A DNA stretch of 53,589 nucleotides from Flavobacteriales bacterium (GTDB taxonomy: Bacteria; Bacteroidota; Bacteroidia; CAIKAF01). The stretch is taken from assembly GCA_025451295.1 (NCBI GenBank), contig JANWKQ010000126.1, positions 1-53,589 of the forward strand, in the 5' to 3' direction. The notes below the pieces were generated by a model, which was not told the origin of the DNA, searched no databases, and worked only from the letters and a program-made list of their open reading frames with translations. The translations under genes were made by a program, and so were the position numbers. This document shows positions 39,085 through 48,186 of the stretch, piece after piece; position 1 is the stretch's first letter, and every line of letters starts with the position of its first letter.

Positions 39085-40095
39085 TTATTTTTTCGGTTTG
39101 TAACGGCTACTGTTTAAAATCTGTTTGGCATTGTTGTTCATCATCAATTGTTCGATGGTGATATTTGGATTGTTCTTCATAAAGGCGGTAACAATCTTCC
39201 AGCCGAGCCAGATGCCTGTGCGACCTGGAGCTCTTTCGGGCATACCTGCACTAATGGGAGATTCACCACAATATTTATTGATGAGTTTTACATCCTTGGT
39301 ATACAATAATTTTTTCTCCAGGAAAAAAGACCACATCATGAATTCACTTTCGTTACAGAATTTTACCTGATCATCGGTAAAAGCAAATTTAATAGAGTCG
39401 TGTGTGAAGGGAAGTACTTTGTCCACCAGATACATCACCTTTCCATTGAAAACCATTTCGTCCAACATGTCGAGTCGCGGCTGACCGGTATCAAACTCTG
39501 CATCGATCCAGCACTTCATCACATCCGTTACAAGATAGGGTTTAGCTTTTCTGTAAACGAGATAATCATATTCACCTTCATAGAATTTATAGTCCTTTCC
39601 GAGGTATTGGTCAAGTGAAACGTACATAACACTATCAGTGATTGCCGCAGCACTGATGTTATAACTATAATTTCCGAAGTAGATTTTTGGAATGGCCTTT
39701 TTGGGTAAATAATATTTATAATATTTAAATGCCCGAACAATTTCTTTTTCCAGATCGTCGGTACTGTTATATTGTTTGTCAACATCAGCAAAAAGTTCCT
39801 GAACTGCTTTATCAAATAAAAAACCCTGGATATAAGGAATGGCTGCGGAATCTTTTTCCTGTTCATTCACAATCCGGGCAATGCGCTGAAAATAGAGATC
39901 CGTAAAATCGGGATATTTTTTTCTCAGGTTTTGATAGCTTGTGAATGATACGGTGTCTTTTTTAAGATCGGCCAGGGCCTTATCGAAACGGATGAATTGG
40001 AGATCAACCTTAATGTTTGAAACATCCGGGGCTTTGTTACCGCCACAGGCGAATAAGAAAAGAAGTGAAAAAGCTAGAAAAATACATTTTTTCAT
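39085..40095 (-). CDS. gldB: Gliding motility lipoprotein GldB
   Basis: Lipobox LFAC, IRFD, SLDQYLG, LDEMVFNGK, PGRTGIWLGWKIV, SRYKP. Confidence 0.9.
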   Translation of the reverse strand: MKKCIFLAFSLLFLFACGGNKAPDVSNIKVDLQFIRFDKALADLKKDTVSFTSYQNLRKKYPDFTDLYFQRIARIVNEQEKDSAAIPYIQGFLFDKAVQELFADVDKQYNSTDDLEKEIVRAFKYYKYYLPKKAIPKIYFGNYSYNISAAAITDSVMYVSLDQYLGKDYKFYEGEYDYLVYRKAKPYLVTDVMKCWIDAEFDTGQPRLDMLDEMVFNGKVMYLVDKVLPFTHDSIKFAFTDDQVKFCNESEFMMWSFFLEKKLLYTKDVKLINKYCGESPISAGMPERAPGRTGIWLGWKIVTAFMKNNPNITIEQLMMNNNAKQILNSSRYKPKK

Positions 40096-40138
40096 GGCGG
40101 TAAAAATAGGTATATTAGCAGATAGAACCGATAGATAT

Positions 40139-41080
40139 ATGAAAAAACTCTACCTTCTTCTTTTATTATTAACGCTGGGTACTTCTAACTATTATGCCAG
40201 AGGACAGGTGTTTGGGTATCCGGGGGCAACCTGGATGTTTCAATCTCCAGAGTTTTTTGGGATGTGTTTTGAGGTGAATGAAAAGTGGGAATACACAGGA
40301 GATACTTCTATTCTTGGTACCAGTGCCAAAGCAATACACTTAACCCAAAAAGTAGCAAATGGGTTTCCTGCTACAAGCTTCACAACCTATAATTATGATA
40401 AGTATTTCCATGTTAATGGAGATACCGTTTGGCTGTTTGTTAGTTTTGATTCTACCTGGCAGGAGATTTACAACTTTTCGGTGCAGATAGGTGATACTGT
40501 TCAAAATCCCTTGGGGAATAGGCTAAATGGATGGGCCAGTAGTTGTCCGGATTCGATTCCTTATAACGATTATTCAGAAGTAATAGACACCGGGAGTACT
40601 TTAATTGCAGGACAAATGCTTCGGTACTATACGGTTCGTTACGCCACTGGTGTACAATGGGGTCCCGACTCGGCCAATCAGACATTTTACGAAAGAATTA
40701 TTACACAAAATTATTGGTTCCCGAATGATGAATATTGGTGCGGTGCAGTTCCTGAATGCATCAATCCGAGTTTCATTTGTTATAAAGATGTTGGAATGAT
40801 GACGGATTCTTCCTGTTCTGATCTTACCTGGTTTGAAACTTTATCGTTTGAAGAAGACGACAATAAAAAAATCCGGATTTATCCCAATCCAACCACGGAC
40901 CATTTATTCATTGAAAACGGGGAGTTGCTGCATGAAAGACTGATTCTTCTTTCTGTGGATGGCCGCATTATTGAAACTCTTCAATCGACAAATTCAATGA
41001 ATGTATCCCATCTTTCTCCCGGTTTATATTTTCTCACCAATGAAAGTCGAACCTGGTGCAGGAAGTTTGTGAAACAATAG
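40139..41080 (+). CDS. Cys-containing T9SS cargo protein (type A CTD), paralogue 1
   Basis: Start reassigned to ATG 40139; signal peptide, GATW, YNFSVQIGDT, CYKD, IYPNP...GLYFL...RKFVK. Confidence 0.82.
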   Translation: MKKLYLLLLLLTLGTSNYYARGQVFGYPGATWMFQSPEFFGMCFEVNEKWEYTGDTSILGTSAKAIHLTQKVANGFPATSFTTYNYDKYFHVNGDTVWLFVSFDSTWQEIYNFSVQIGDTVQNPLGNRLNGWASSCPDSIPYNDYSEVIDTGSTLIAGQMLRYYTVRYATGVQWGPDSANQTFYERIITQNYWFPNDEYWCGAVPECINPSFICYKDVGMMTDSSCSDLTWFETLSFEEDDNKKIRIYPNPTTDHLFIENGELLHERLILLSVDGRIIETLQSTNSMNVSHLSPGLYFLTNESRTWCRKFVKQ

Positions 41081-41102
41081 TATCTTAGTCGGCAAAACCG
41101 AC

Positions 41103-42041
41103 ATGAAAATGAAAAAACCAGCCCTTACCATTTTACTATTTATATTGGGGTCTTTAAATTATTTTGCAAAAGGGCAGGTGTTTGCACATCCCGGGGCCAC
41201 ATGGATATTTCATGCAGGATATGTTCCCTGGACCTGTTATGCAACGGATGAAAGATGGGAGTATGTTGGTGATACCGTTTTTTTTGGGATGGCTGCCAAA
41301 GATGTTAAAATAACCAGCAAGACATCTTATACATATCCTCCGTCAACATATTCCACCTCTCAATTCCATCATTATTTTCATGTTTCCGGGGATACTGTTT
41401 CCATATTCAATGATAATGATTCAACCTGGCAGGAGCTATACAATTTCTCTTTGCAAATCGGAGATACAACTCAATCACCATTAGCGAATTGTTTAAACGT
41501 CTGGGCGAATTGTCCAGATTCTATTCCTTATCAATGTCCTGCGATTGTGGCGGACACTGGGCATGCAACGATTGGAGGCCAGTCGCTGCGTTATTATACC
41601 TTAAAATTTCGTCCGGGTCCAGATACCACAATGAATTTTCAGACATACTATGAACGGATCATAACAACCGGTTATTGGTACCCAACGGATAACTATTGGT
41701 GCGGTATTCTCGTAGAATGCAGTGGACTAGGTTTTGTTTGCTATAAGGACGATGGAATGTTTACGGATAGTCTATGTATTGATCAAACCTGGTTTGAGAC
41801 GTTGGCTTTGGAGGATGAGAAAGGAAGTCTCGTCAAAATTTCCCCTAACCCGGTTCAGAATATTTTATTTATTGAAGCCTTTGAACCTTTTACGGAAAAA
41901 CTATCTGTTTTTTCTATCGATGGCCGTATCATCCAAATTTTTCAGCCTAACAATTCGATTGATTTGTCCCATCTATCTCCAGGCTTATATTTTCTCACCA
42001 ACGAAAGCCGAACCTGGTGCAGGAAGTTTGTGAAGGATTAA
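41103..42041 (+). CDS. Cys-containing T9SS cargo protein (type A CTD), paralogue 2
   Basis: Colinear with 40139-41080 (PGATW, DSTWQE, CPDSIPY, YERIIT, YWCG, CYKD); identical 23-aa stretch at the C-terminus. Confidence 0.82.
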   Translation: MKMKKPALTILLFILGSLNYFAKGQVFAHPGATWIFHAGYVPWTCYATDERWEYVGDTVFFGMAAKDVKITSKTSYTYPPSTYSTSQFHHYFHVSGDTVSIFNDNDSTWQELYNFSLQIGDTTQSPLANCLNVWANCPDSIPYQCPAIVADTGHATIGGQSLRYYTLKFRPGPDTTMNFQTYYERIITTGYWYPTDNYWCGILVECSGLGFVCYKDDGMFTDSLCIDQTWFETLALEDEKGSLVKISPNPVQNILFIEAFEPFTEKLSVFSIDGRIIQIFQPNNSIDLSHLSPGLYFLTNESRTWCRKFVKD

Positions 42042-42739
42042 TGTTGATCCAGGTATTTCTTTTTATCAAGTTGCCCGGTCTTTAGATAGAGTTGTCCGAG
42101 TATTTTTTTATAGGTTTCGTTTGGATTGATCTCCATGGCTCTTTCTAAATAAGAGATAGCGATGTTAAACTCATCGAGTCCCTTGTTTTTAAGTTGCTTA
42201 TACAACGTTTCATTATTAAGTGGCACCTCATCTGCCTCCTTCAAATATTCATTTCCACGTGTAATATAATAGTTGGCGATTCCATTATAGGCCATATCAT
42301 ATTTATCATCGAGATCTTTCGTCTTTGTATAGTAAACAAGCGCCGAATCATTGTATCTATCCTGCTCTGTTTTTGTAGTGTACGAAGAGGAATAACTTGC
42401 ATAGATCACACCTTTATTAAAATATAGAAGTTTGAGAATATGTGTACTGTCTTTATAAAAAACGATTGTTTCATTGATGGCTTTCAATGCCTTTGGATAG
42501 TCTGCTTTGCTTAAGTAACAATTTACTTCATAAATAACCAGGTCACTTTTTCTTTCCGGATAATTTATTTTTGCTTCCCTGATCAATTGTAAAGTTCCAT
42601 CATAGTCGGCCGCCTCGAACTGATAATAAATTTGTGCAATGGCAGTATCTGCTTTGGTGAATACTTTGGTTTCGGTCTGTGCGGAAATATTTCCTAAAAA
42701 CAGAAAAAATCCAATGGTTAAGATGAACAGTTTATTCAT
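42038..42739 (-). CDS. Exported tetratricopeptide repeat protein
   Basis: Signal peptide; LYFNKGVIYA, AYNGIANYY, YLERAMEINP, LGQLYLKTG. Confidence 0.8.
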   Translation of the reverse strand: MNKLFILTIGFFLFLGNISAQTETKVFTKADTAIAQIYYQFEAADYDGTLQLIREAKINYPERKSDLVIYEVNCYLSKADYPKALKAINETIVFYKDSTHILKLLYFNKGVIYASYSSSYTTKTEQDRYNDSALVYYTKTKDLDDKYDMAYNGIANYYITRGNEYLKEADEVPLNNETLYKQLKNKGLDEFNIAISYLERAMEINPNETYKKILGQLYLKTGQLDKKKYLDQH

Positions 42740-42754
42740 ACTCTAAAATTAAGA

Positions 42755-42949
42755 CGGTTTCGGCAGCTTTCCAAGCCTGGACCGGGTCCGCCTCTTCGCC
42801 GCGGCGAAAGAGGAGTGATACCCCGCAAACCCCGGCCCGCCGGAGGTGGATGGGGTAAACGTCCCGATGGCTGCCGGGAAACCGGACAGGCAAGCCGAAG
42901 GCGCCCACCGGCTTGCGGGCAATACCTGCCGCGCAGGTGGGGAGACCCC
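42755..42949. ncRNA. GC-rich, highly structured intergenic element (ncRNA or nested REP/MITE; identity unknown)
   Basis: 135/195 nt G+C by hand count; closing stem 42755-67/42870-84 encloses three hairpins, followed by three more hairpins. Confidence 0.4.
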
Positions 42950-42993
42950 TAAAAACTCCTAAAAAATCACTTTTAACCCAAACTCAATTTTAT

Positions 42994-43001
42994 TACATTT
43001 G
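42994..43001 (+). promoter_or_regulatory. -7 promoter element of icd (TACATTTG)
   Basis: Exact TAnnTTTG; implies a leader of about 170 nt. Confidence 0.65.
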
Positions 43002-43041
43002 CTTCCCGCCTTAAGAATAACGTTAAACAAAATAAATGCAA

Positions 43042-43158
43042 GCGGTTCTTTAAACAAAGAATTTCAAGGCGGACGAAACCGAAAAAGCGAAGTTTACTTG
43101 CGTAAATGAGCTTTTAGAGGTTGAGGACAACGCAGAAATTCAAAGTTTAAAGAAGCGC
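43042..43158 (+). ncRNA. Long interrupted hairpin in icd leader with AAGGCGG...CAACGCAG internal loop (Bacteroidales-1 / Acido-Lenti-1 / ERIC-like architecture)
   Basis: ttctttaaac(43046-55)/gtttaaagaa(43145-54); gaatttc/gaaattc; aaaagc/gctttt; apical gaag-tttac-ttgc-gtaaa-tgag. Confidence 0.6.
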
Positions 43159-43174
43159 GTAAACTAAAAAACAT

Positions 43175-44416
43175 ATGGCAAAGATTAAAGTAGCAAATCC
43201 GGTTGTTGAGATGGACGGAGACGAAATGACCCGCATCATCTGGAAATTTATTAAAGACAAACTTATCCTTCCATACCTGGATGTGGATATTAAATATTAT
43301 GACCTAGGTGTTGAATATCGCGATCAAACCGAAGATAAGGTTACGGTTGAAGCGGCTGAAGCCATCAAAAAATATGGTGTTGGAATTAAATGTGCTACCA
43401 TTACACCCGACGAAGCCCGAGTGGAAGAATTCAAATTGAAAAAAATGTGGAAATCTCCCAACGGAACCATTCGTAATATTTTGGATGGAACTGTTTTTCG
43501 TGAGCCGATCGTGATGAAGAATGTTCCTCGTTTGGTAACTACCTGGGACCTGCCAATCGTGGTGGGTCGTCATGCTTTTGGAGACCAGTATAAAGCCACC
43601 GATTTTTTAATTCCCGGAAAGGGAAAACTTACCATGAAGTTTGAAGGTGCAGATGGAAAAGTGATTGAACATGAGATCTTCCAGTTTGATAGCCCGGGTG
43701 TGGCGATGGGAATGTACAATGTGGAAGAAAGTATTTATGGCTTTGCACGCAGCTGTATGAATGTAGCTTTGCAGAAAAAATGGCCTTTGTATTTAAGCTC
43801 AAAAAATACCATCTTAAAAAAATACGATGGAAGGTTTAAGGATATCTTCGAAGAAATTTACCAAAAGGAGTACAAAGCAAAATTTGACGCGGCTGGTATC
43901 ACGTATGAACATCGTTTGATCGATGATATGGTAGCATCTGCTATGAAATGGAATGGTGGTTTCGTTTGGGCTTGTAAAAATTATGATGGAGATGTGCAGT
44001 CTGATTCAGTTGCTCAAGGTTTCGGTTCATTGGGATTGATGACCTCTGTTTTGGTTACACCGGATGGAAAGATCATGGAAGCCGAAGCAGCACATGGTAC
44101 CGTTACCCGTCACTACCGTGATCACCAGGCTGGGAAAAGAACGTCTACCAATCCAATTGCTTCTATTTTTGCATGGACCCGTGGATTGGAATTCCGCGGT
44201 AAACTGGATAACAATAAAGAATTGATCGACTTCTGTCAGGCATTGGAAAAAGTTTGTGTCGATGTAGTGGAAAGTGGACGTATGACCAAAGATTTGGCGG
44301 TTTGTATCCATGGTAATAAAGTGGAGCATGGGAAACATTATTTATATACAGAAGAATTTTTGGATGCTATCGATGCCCAGCTGAAAGAAGTTTTGGCGAA
44401 GCAGTTGGTGAGCTAA
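43175..44416 (+). CDS. icd: NADP-dependent isocitrate dehydrogenase (type II)
   Basis: [53 protein letters not shown]. Confidence 0.97.
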   Translation: MAKIKVANPVVEMDGDEMTRIIWKFIKDKLILPYLDVDIKYYDLGVEYRDQTEDKVTVEAAEAIKKYGVGIKCATITPDEARVEEFKLKKMWKSPNGTIRNILDGTVFREPIVMKNVPRLVTTWDLPIVVGRHAFGDQYKATDFLIPGKGKLTMKFEGADGKVIEHEIFQFDSPGVAMGMYNVEESIYGFARSCMNVALQKKWPLYLSSKNTILKKYDGRFKDIFEEIYQKEYKAKFDAAGITYEHRLIDDMVASAMKWNGGFVWACKNYDGDVQSDSVAQGFGSLGLMTSVLVTPDGKIMEAEAAHGTVTRHYRDHQAGKRTSTNPIASIFAWTRGLEFRGKLDNNKELIDFCQALEKVCVDVVESGRMTKDLAVCIHGNKVEHGKHYLYTEEFLDAIDAQLKEVLAKQLVS

Positions 44417-44440
44417 ATATTTTACAATGGATAGTTAAAT

Positions 44441-44470
44441 GAAAGACCGATTTAGTTCGGTCTTTTTTTT
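44441..44470 (+). terminator. Rho-independent terminator of icd
   Basis: aaagaccga-tttagt-tcggtcttt plus T-run. Confidence 0.87.
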
Positions 44471-44535
44471 ACTGCCTTATCCCGCTTTCCGCTATATCTT
44501 TTTATTGCTATTGATTAGAATTTTCGTCAATTTGG

Positions 44536-44561
44536 GGAGACGTCCCATGGGAAGTCTGTAC
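44536..44561. repeat. REP-like palindrome, copy 2
   Basis: ggagacgtcccatggga-agtctgtac; matches 39046-39062. Confidence 0.65.
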
Positions 44562-44669
44562 GATCGTTTCGAAAGCGGTTTCCGAAGGCAATAAAAAGGA
44601 TGCCGCTTCAATCGGGGGCAGTTCCGTACTTTATTTGTGTTTTTATCGTTATTGAAGTAAATTTCAAGT

Positions 44670-45629
44670 ATGAAAAAGACATTTCCAATTTTACTCCTCA
44701 TATTTTTCTTTTCCGGGATAAATGTCATTTCACAGACCATTGGTCTTCGTCTTCAAACCAAATACGAAAAAAATCCTATCTCCGGGGCTTTAAATTTTAT
44801 TATTGACAAGTCGGACTCGACAGTTTTGGGTTTTGGCGTGTCCGATGAAACTGGATATAGCAGAATTATTCTTTCCCAGGCACCCAAAAATCACCTGGTT
44901 CAATTGAAGGTTTTTAGTATGGGTTATAGTCCATATACCGTTTTTGATATTTATTGTTCCGATAACAAAATTACAAGGCTGGATCTGGAAATGGATCCCG
45001 GAAAAAACCAAACAGAACTTTTTACAGTACTCACAAATAAAACCGGGTCATATCACGCAAACCCAAACCGCTTGTTGGATAGCATACCATTGGTATACTA
45101 TCAGCAGTATTTGGATATTGCAGAGTACTATGATAGCTTAAGTACTGCAGCTGAAGAGAAATATCAGGCGGATCTTATTCATTATAAGAAACAGATGGCC
45201 GAGTTCGATTCTTTATCAAAACTTGGCCATGATGTGGAATATTTATGGCTTGAAATGCCTGAATCGCCACCACTTTATACCAAATTTGAATATTTGGACC
45301 CATCACCTAACAAGAACCAACCGGTTAGCATAGATGGTGGCTGGGAAATTTTTTATGATTATTTTACATCGAATCAGAAATTTCAACATGAGCTAAAAAG
45401 GAATGGGAAATTAAGAGTTTGGTTGAGTACCGATACAGGTTATAAGCCTTATCTTGATACGGTAGTTGTCTGTGTGGAAAATAAAAAATGCATCAAAGGA
45501 CTTAAGCGGTTATGCCATCAAATATTAGAACGAAAATTAAAGATAAATCCTGTTTTGTTGGGGAGCAACCTGGTAGTGCTGGAGGACAACATGAGTTTTT
45601 ACATAGATTTTATTTATCGGGAAGAATAA
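44670..45629 (+). CDS. Exported hypothetical protein (CarboxypepD_reg-like N-terminus, possible degenerate TonB C-terminal domain)
   Basis: Signal peptide; NPISGA...SDETG...SMGY; C-terminal GGWEIFYDYFTSNQKF...GKLRVWLSTD. Confidence 0.6.
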   Translation: MKKTFPILLLIFFFSGINVISQTIGLRLQTKYEKNPISGALNFIIDKSDSTVLGFGVSDETGYSRIILSQAPKNHLVQLKVFSMGYSPYTVFDIYCSDNKITRLDLEMDPGKNQTELFTVLTNKTGSYHANPNRLLDSIPLVYYQQYLDIAEYYDSLSTAAEEKYQADLIHYKKQMAEFDSLSKLGHDVEYLWLEMPESPPLYTKFEYLDPSPNKNQPVSIDGGWEIFYDYFTSNQKFQHELKRNGKLRVWLSTDTGYKPYLDTVVVCVENKKCIKGLKRLCHQILERKLKINPVLLGSNLVVLEDNMSFYIDFIYREE

Positions 45630-46515
45630 TACTATTCTTCCTGCTCACCATGAACACACCGGTAAATATCATACTGGCGCAACCCACCAATACCCACGTA
45701 ATGGAATCCTTACCCATCCATACACTATGTACGGTTGCAATGATTGGCTGCACATAAATAAAAATACCTACCACTGAGCTGTCTACATGTTTTAATGCGT
45801 AAATATTAAACAAATATGCAATAAATGTTACACCGACAATTACAAAACCAACCTTCCAGTAAATATCCGAGGTAAAAGTCTGCCATTGAATTTCCGAAGC
45901 CTGGTTAAATCCGAATGGAAGAACAAATAAAAGTCCAAAAGTAAAAACCCAGGTGATCACTGTAAGCGGTTTGTATTTTTTCATCAATGGTTTAGCAAAT
46001 AAAAAATAAATGGCATATGAGATCGCATTGAGAATGATAAAAATATTCCCCAACCAGGTTTTCGATGAAAGATCCATGCTTCCTTTGCTATAAACGATGA
46101 TCGCAATTGCTCCGGATGCACCTAACAAGGTTCCTGCTATTTTTAACCAGGTAAGTTTTTCCCTGGCAAAAATAACACCTATAATTAAAATGGTGATAGG
46201 GGTAACGGACATAAGAATACTTCCATTAATAGGTGTGGATAGATTTAATCCTTCAAAAAATAAGAGTTGATTAATGGCTACACCAAATAAACCTCCGGCT
46301 GCAAATAAATGCAGATCTTTTCGTTGAATTTTTTCATATCCGGTTATCAATAACAAGATCCAAAACATGAGGGTTGCCCCTGTTGCTCTTACCAAAACAA
46401 AACCTGAAGGCTTAATGAATGCGGGCATTACGTCTTTAGCGATCACAAAGTTGATCCCATAAATGGCATTTACGATAAATAAAGCTAAAAAGGGGAGCAG
46501 AAGGGGCTTTTTCAT
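45610..46515 (-). CDS. DMT/EamA family transporter
   Basis: NQLLFFEGL, GNIFIILNA, FIYVQP; about 10 TM. Confidence 0.9.
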   Translation of the reverse strand: MKKPLLLPFLALFIVNAIYGINFVIAKDVMPAFIKPSGFVLVRATGATLMFWILLLITGYEKIQRKDLHLFAAGGLFGVAINQLLFFEGLNLSTPINGSILMSVTPITILIIGVIFAREKLTWLKIAGTLLGASGAIAIIVYSKGSMDLSSKTWLGNIFIILNAISYAIYFLFAKPLMKKYKPLTVITWVFTFGLLFVLPFGFNQASEIQWQTFTSDIYWKVGFVIVGVTFIAYLFNIYALKHVDSSVVGIFIYVQPIIATVHSVWMGKDSITWVLVGCASMIFTGVFMVSRKNSIILPDK

Positions 46516-46600
46516 CTTTTTATAAGCGTCATATACAATCCAATGCCGGATAGTTTTGCTAATATTGTAGCAGCAATAGTACAGAAATAAAAATCTCCAG

Positions 46601-47515
46601 GTGCTAGAGACTCATTTTTTTTCTTCCATTCTTCTTCCGGTTTCGTTGGCGTTTATTATGCTTGGAATGGGGTTGTCGTTAACCCGGAAAGATTTCGCCA
46701 ATATTTTTTTACGACCCAAAGCTGTCATCATTGGATTGGCGGCGCAAATGTTGGCGTTACCAGTGATTGCTTTTAGTATTGCTTTCATTTTTCCTGTTCC
46801 GCCGGAAATCAAGGTAGGATTATTTCTGGTGGCGATTTGTCCGGGTGGGGCAACCAGTAATCTATTGAACTATTTATTAAATGGAAACCTGGCCCTTTGT
46901 GTTTCATTAACCACGATCAATAGTTTTCTTACACAGATCTCGATTCCACTGTTATTAAACTTTGCGTTGAAATTTTTTATGCATACAGAAGGGGATGCAG
47001 ACATTCAACTTTCTTTTTGGGAAACACTTACACATATCTTATTGATCACCCTAGTTCCTGTTATTGTTGGGATTGTATTTACCCATTATTATCCCAAAAT
47101 ATCAGCGAGGATCCAGAAGCCGATGAAATGGAGTATGCCAGTTTTAATGGCCGTCGCCCTGGTGGGTGCCATCATTTTGGAGAAAAAGGAAAAGATCGTG
47201 GAAATGACCACTTCCGATTATATTACCATACTCCCCATGACTTTACTTCTGAATGCAGCGGCTTTGTTTGCTGGATATTATATTGCCAAAGGGTCAAAAC
47301 TCAGTAAAAAATCCTCGGTTACTATTAGTCTGGAGGTAGGACTTCATAATACAGTTTTGGCAATCTATATTGCGACCAGTCTTTTAAAAATGCCTATTAT
47401 GGCCTTACCCGCCATCGTTTATGCGATGTTTAGCTTCTTTACCAGTGCGGCTTTTGGTATCTGGAAATCGGGCGTAAAGATGCCGATCAAATCTCTGTTT
47501 ACCGGCAAAAAATGA
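46601..47515 (+). CDS. Bile acid:sodium symporter (BASS/SLC10) family transporter
   Basis: IMLGMGLSLT, CPGGATSN, GNLAL, ISLEVGLHN. Confidence 0.92.
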   Translation: MLETHFFSSILLPVSLAFIMLGMGLSLTRKDFANIFLRPKAVIIGLAAQMLALPVIAFSIAFIFPVPPEIKVGLFLVAICPGGATSNLLNYLLNGNLALCVSLTTINSFLTQISIPLLLNFALKFFMHTEGDADIQLSFWETLTHILLITLVPVIVGIVFTHYYPKISARIQKPMKWSMPVLMAVALVGAIILEKKEKIVEMTTSDYITILPMTLLLNAAALFAGYYIAKGSKLSKKSSVTISLEVGLHNTVLAIYIATSLLKMPIMALPAIVYAMFSFFTSAAFGIWKSGVKMPIKSLFTGKK

Positions 47516-47519
47516 CCAG

Positions 47520-47570
47520 TTTTGGCCGATTTTGGCTCAAAACCTGCTTTTTTTGGCCAATTTTGGCCAA
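47520..47570. repeat. Four TTTTGGC(C/T)nA decamers upstream of the accB promoter
   Basis: ttttggccga 47520, ttttggctca 47530, ttttggccaa 47551, ttttggccaa 47561. Confidence 0.6.
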
Positions 47571-47619
47571 TTTTTAAGGATTTTGTTGATAAGAATTAAG
47601 CAGGGTATTGTTATTTATC

Positions 47620-47627
47620 TACTTTTG
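47620..47627 (+). promoter_or_regulatory. -7 promoter element of accBC (TACTTTTG)
   Basis: TAnnTTTG about 27 nt upstream of ATG 47654. Confidence 0.65.
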
Positions 47628-47653
47628 AACCCTGGTTTTAAAACCCCAAACAT

Positions 47654-48145
47654 ATGGATATTAAAGAAATTCAAGACTTGATCAAATTTGTTGCAAAGAG
47701 TGGTGTTTCTGAGGTGGAACTCGAGACAAAGGGCGTGAAACTTAGAATATGTACTGGCAAAGAAGTGACTTATGTGCAGCCCCAGGTGATGAATGCTCCG
47801 GTACCCCAGGTGATTACCGCGCAGGCCCCTGTGGTTCAGCCAACCAATAATACAACTACCACGAGTAACAATCCACCCGTTTCTACCGGTGGTGATGACT
47901 CCAAATATATTACCATTAAATCACCAATGATCGGTACTTTTTATCGTCGTCAATCTCCTGATAAACCGCTATTGGTGAATGTAGGTGATGAAATAAAGCC
48001 GGGTAATACTTTATGTATCATCGAAGCAATGAAATTATTTAATGACATTGAATCGGAAGTATCAGGTAAGGTTGTAAAAATTCTTGTGGACGACGCTTCA
48101 CCGGTTGAATACGATCAACCCTTATTTTTAATTGACCCAGCTTAA
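47654..48145 (+). CDS. accB: Acetyl-CoA carboxylase biotin carboxyl carrier protein
   Basis: SPMIGTFY, EAMKLFN biotinylation motif, PVEYDQPLF. Confidence 0.97.
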   Translation: MDIKEIQDLIKFVAKSGVSEVELETKGVKLRICTGKEVTYVQPQVMNAPVPQVITAQAPVVQPTNNTTTTSNNPPVSTGGDDSKYITIKSPMIGTFYRRQSPDKPLLVNVGDEIKPGNTLCIIEAMKLFNDIESEVSGKVVKILVDDASPVEYDQPLFLIDPA

Positions 48146-48186
48146 TTTCTGGATAAATCATTTTTTAATCTAACAGCTGATACAGT

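Noticed and set aside
39941-40138. N-terminal extension of the 379-aa ORF
   Set aside because: Antisense to gldB; the signal peptide starts at ATG 40139. The same logic moved starts 11160 to 11220, 18358 to 18481, 14505 to 14520, 28469 to 28445 and 53057 to 53141.
40139-42041. Diversity-generating retroelement VR/TR pair
   Set aside because: Both repeats are in coding tails, differences are synonymous and not adenine-specific, and no reverse transcriptase is in the window.
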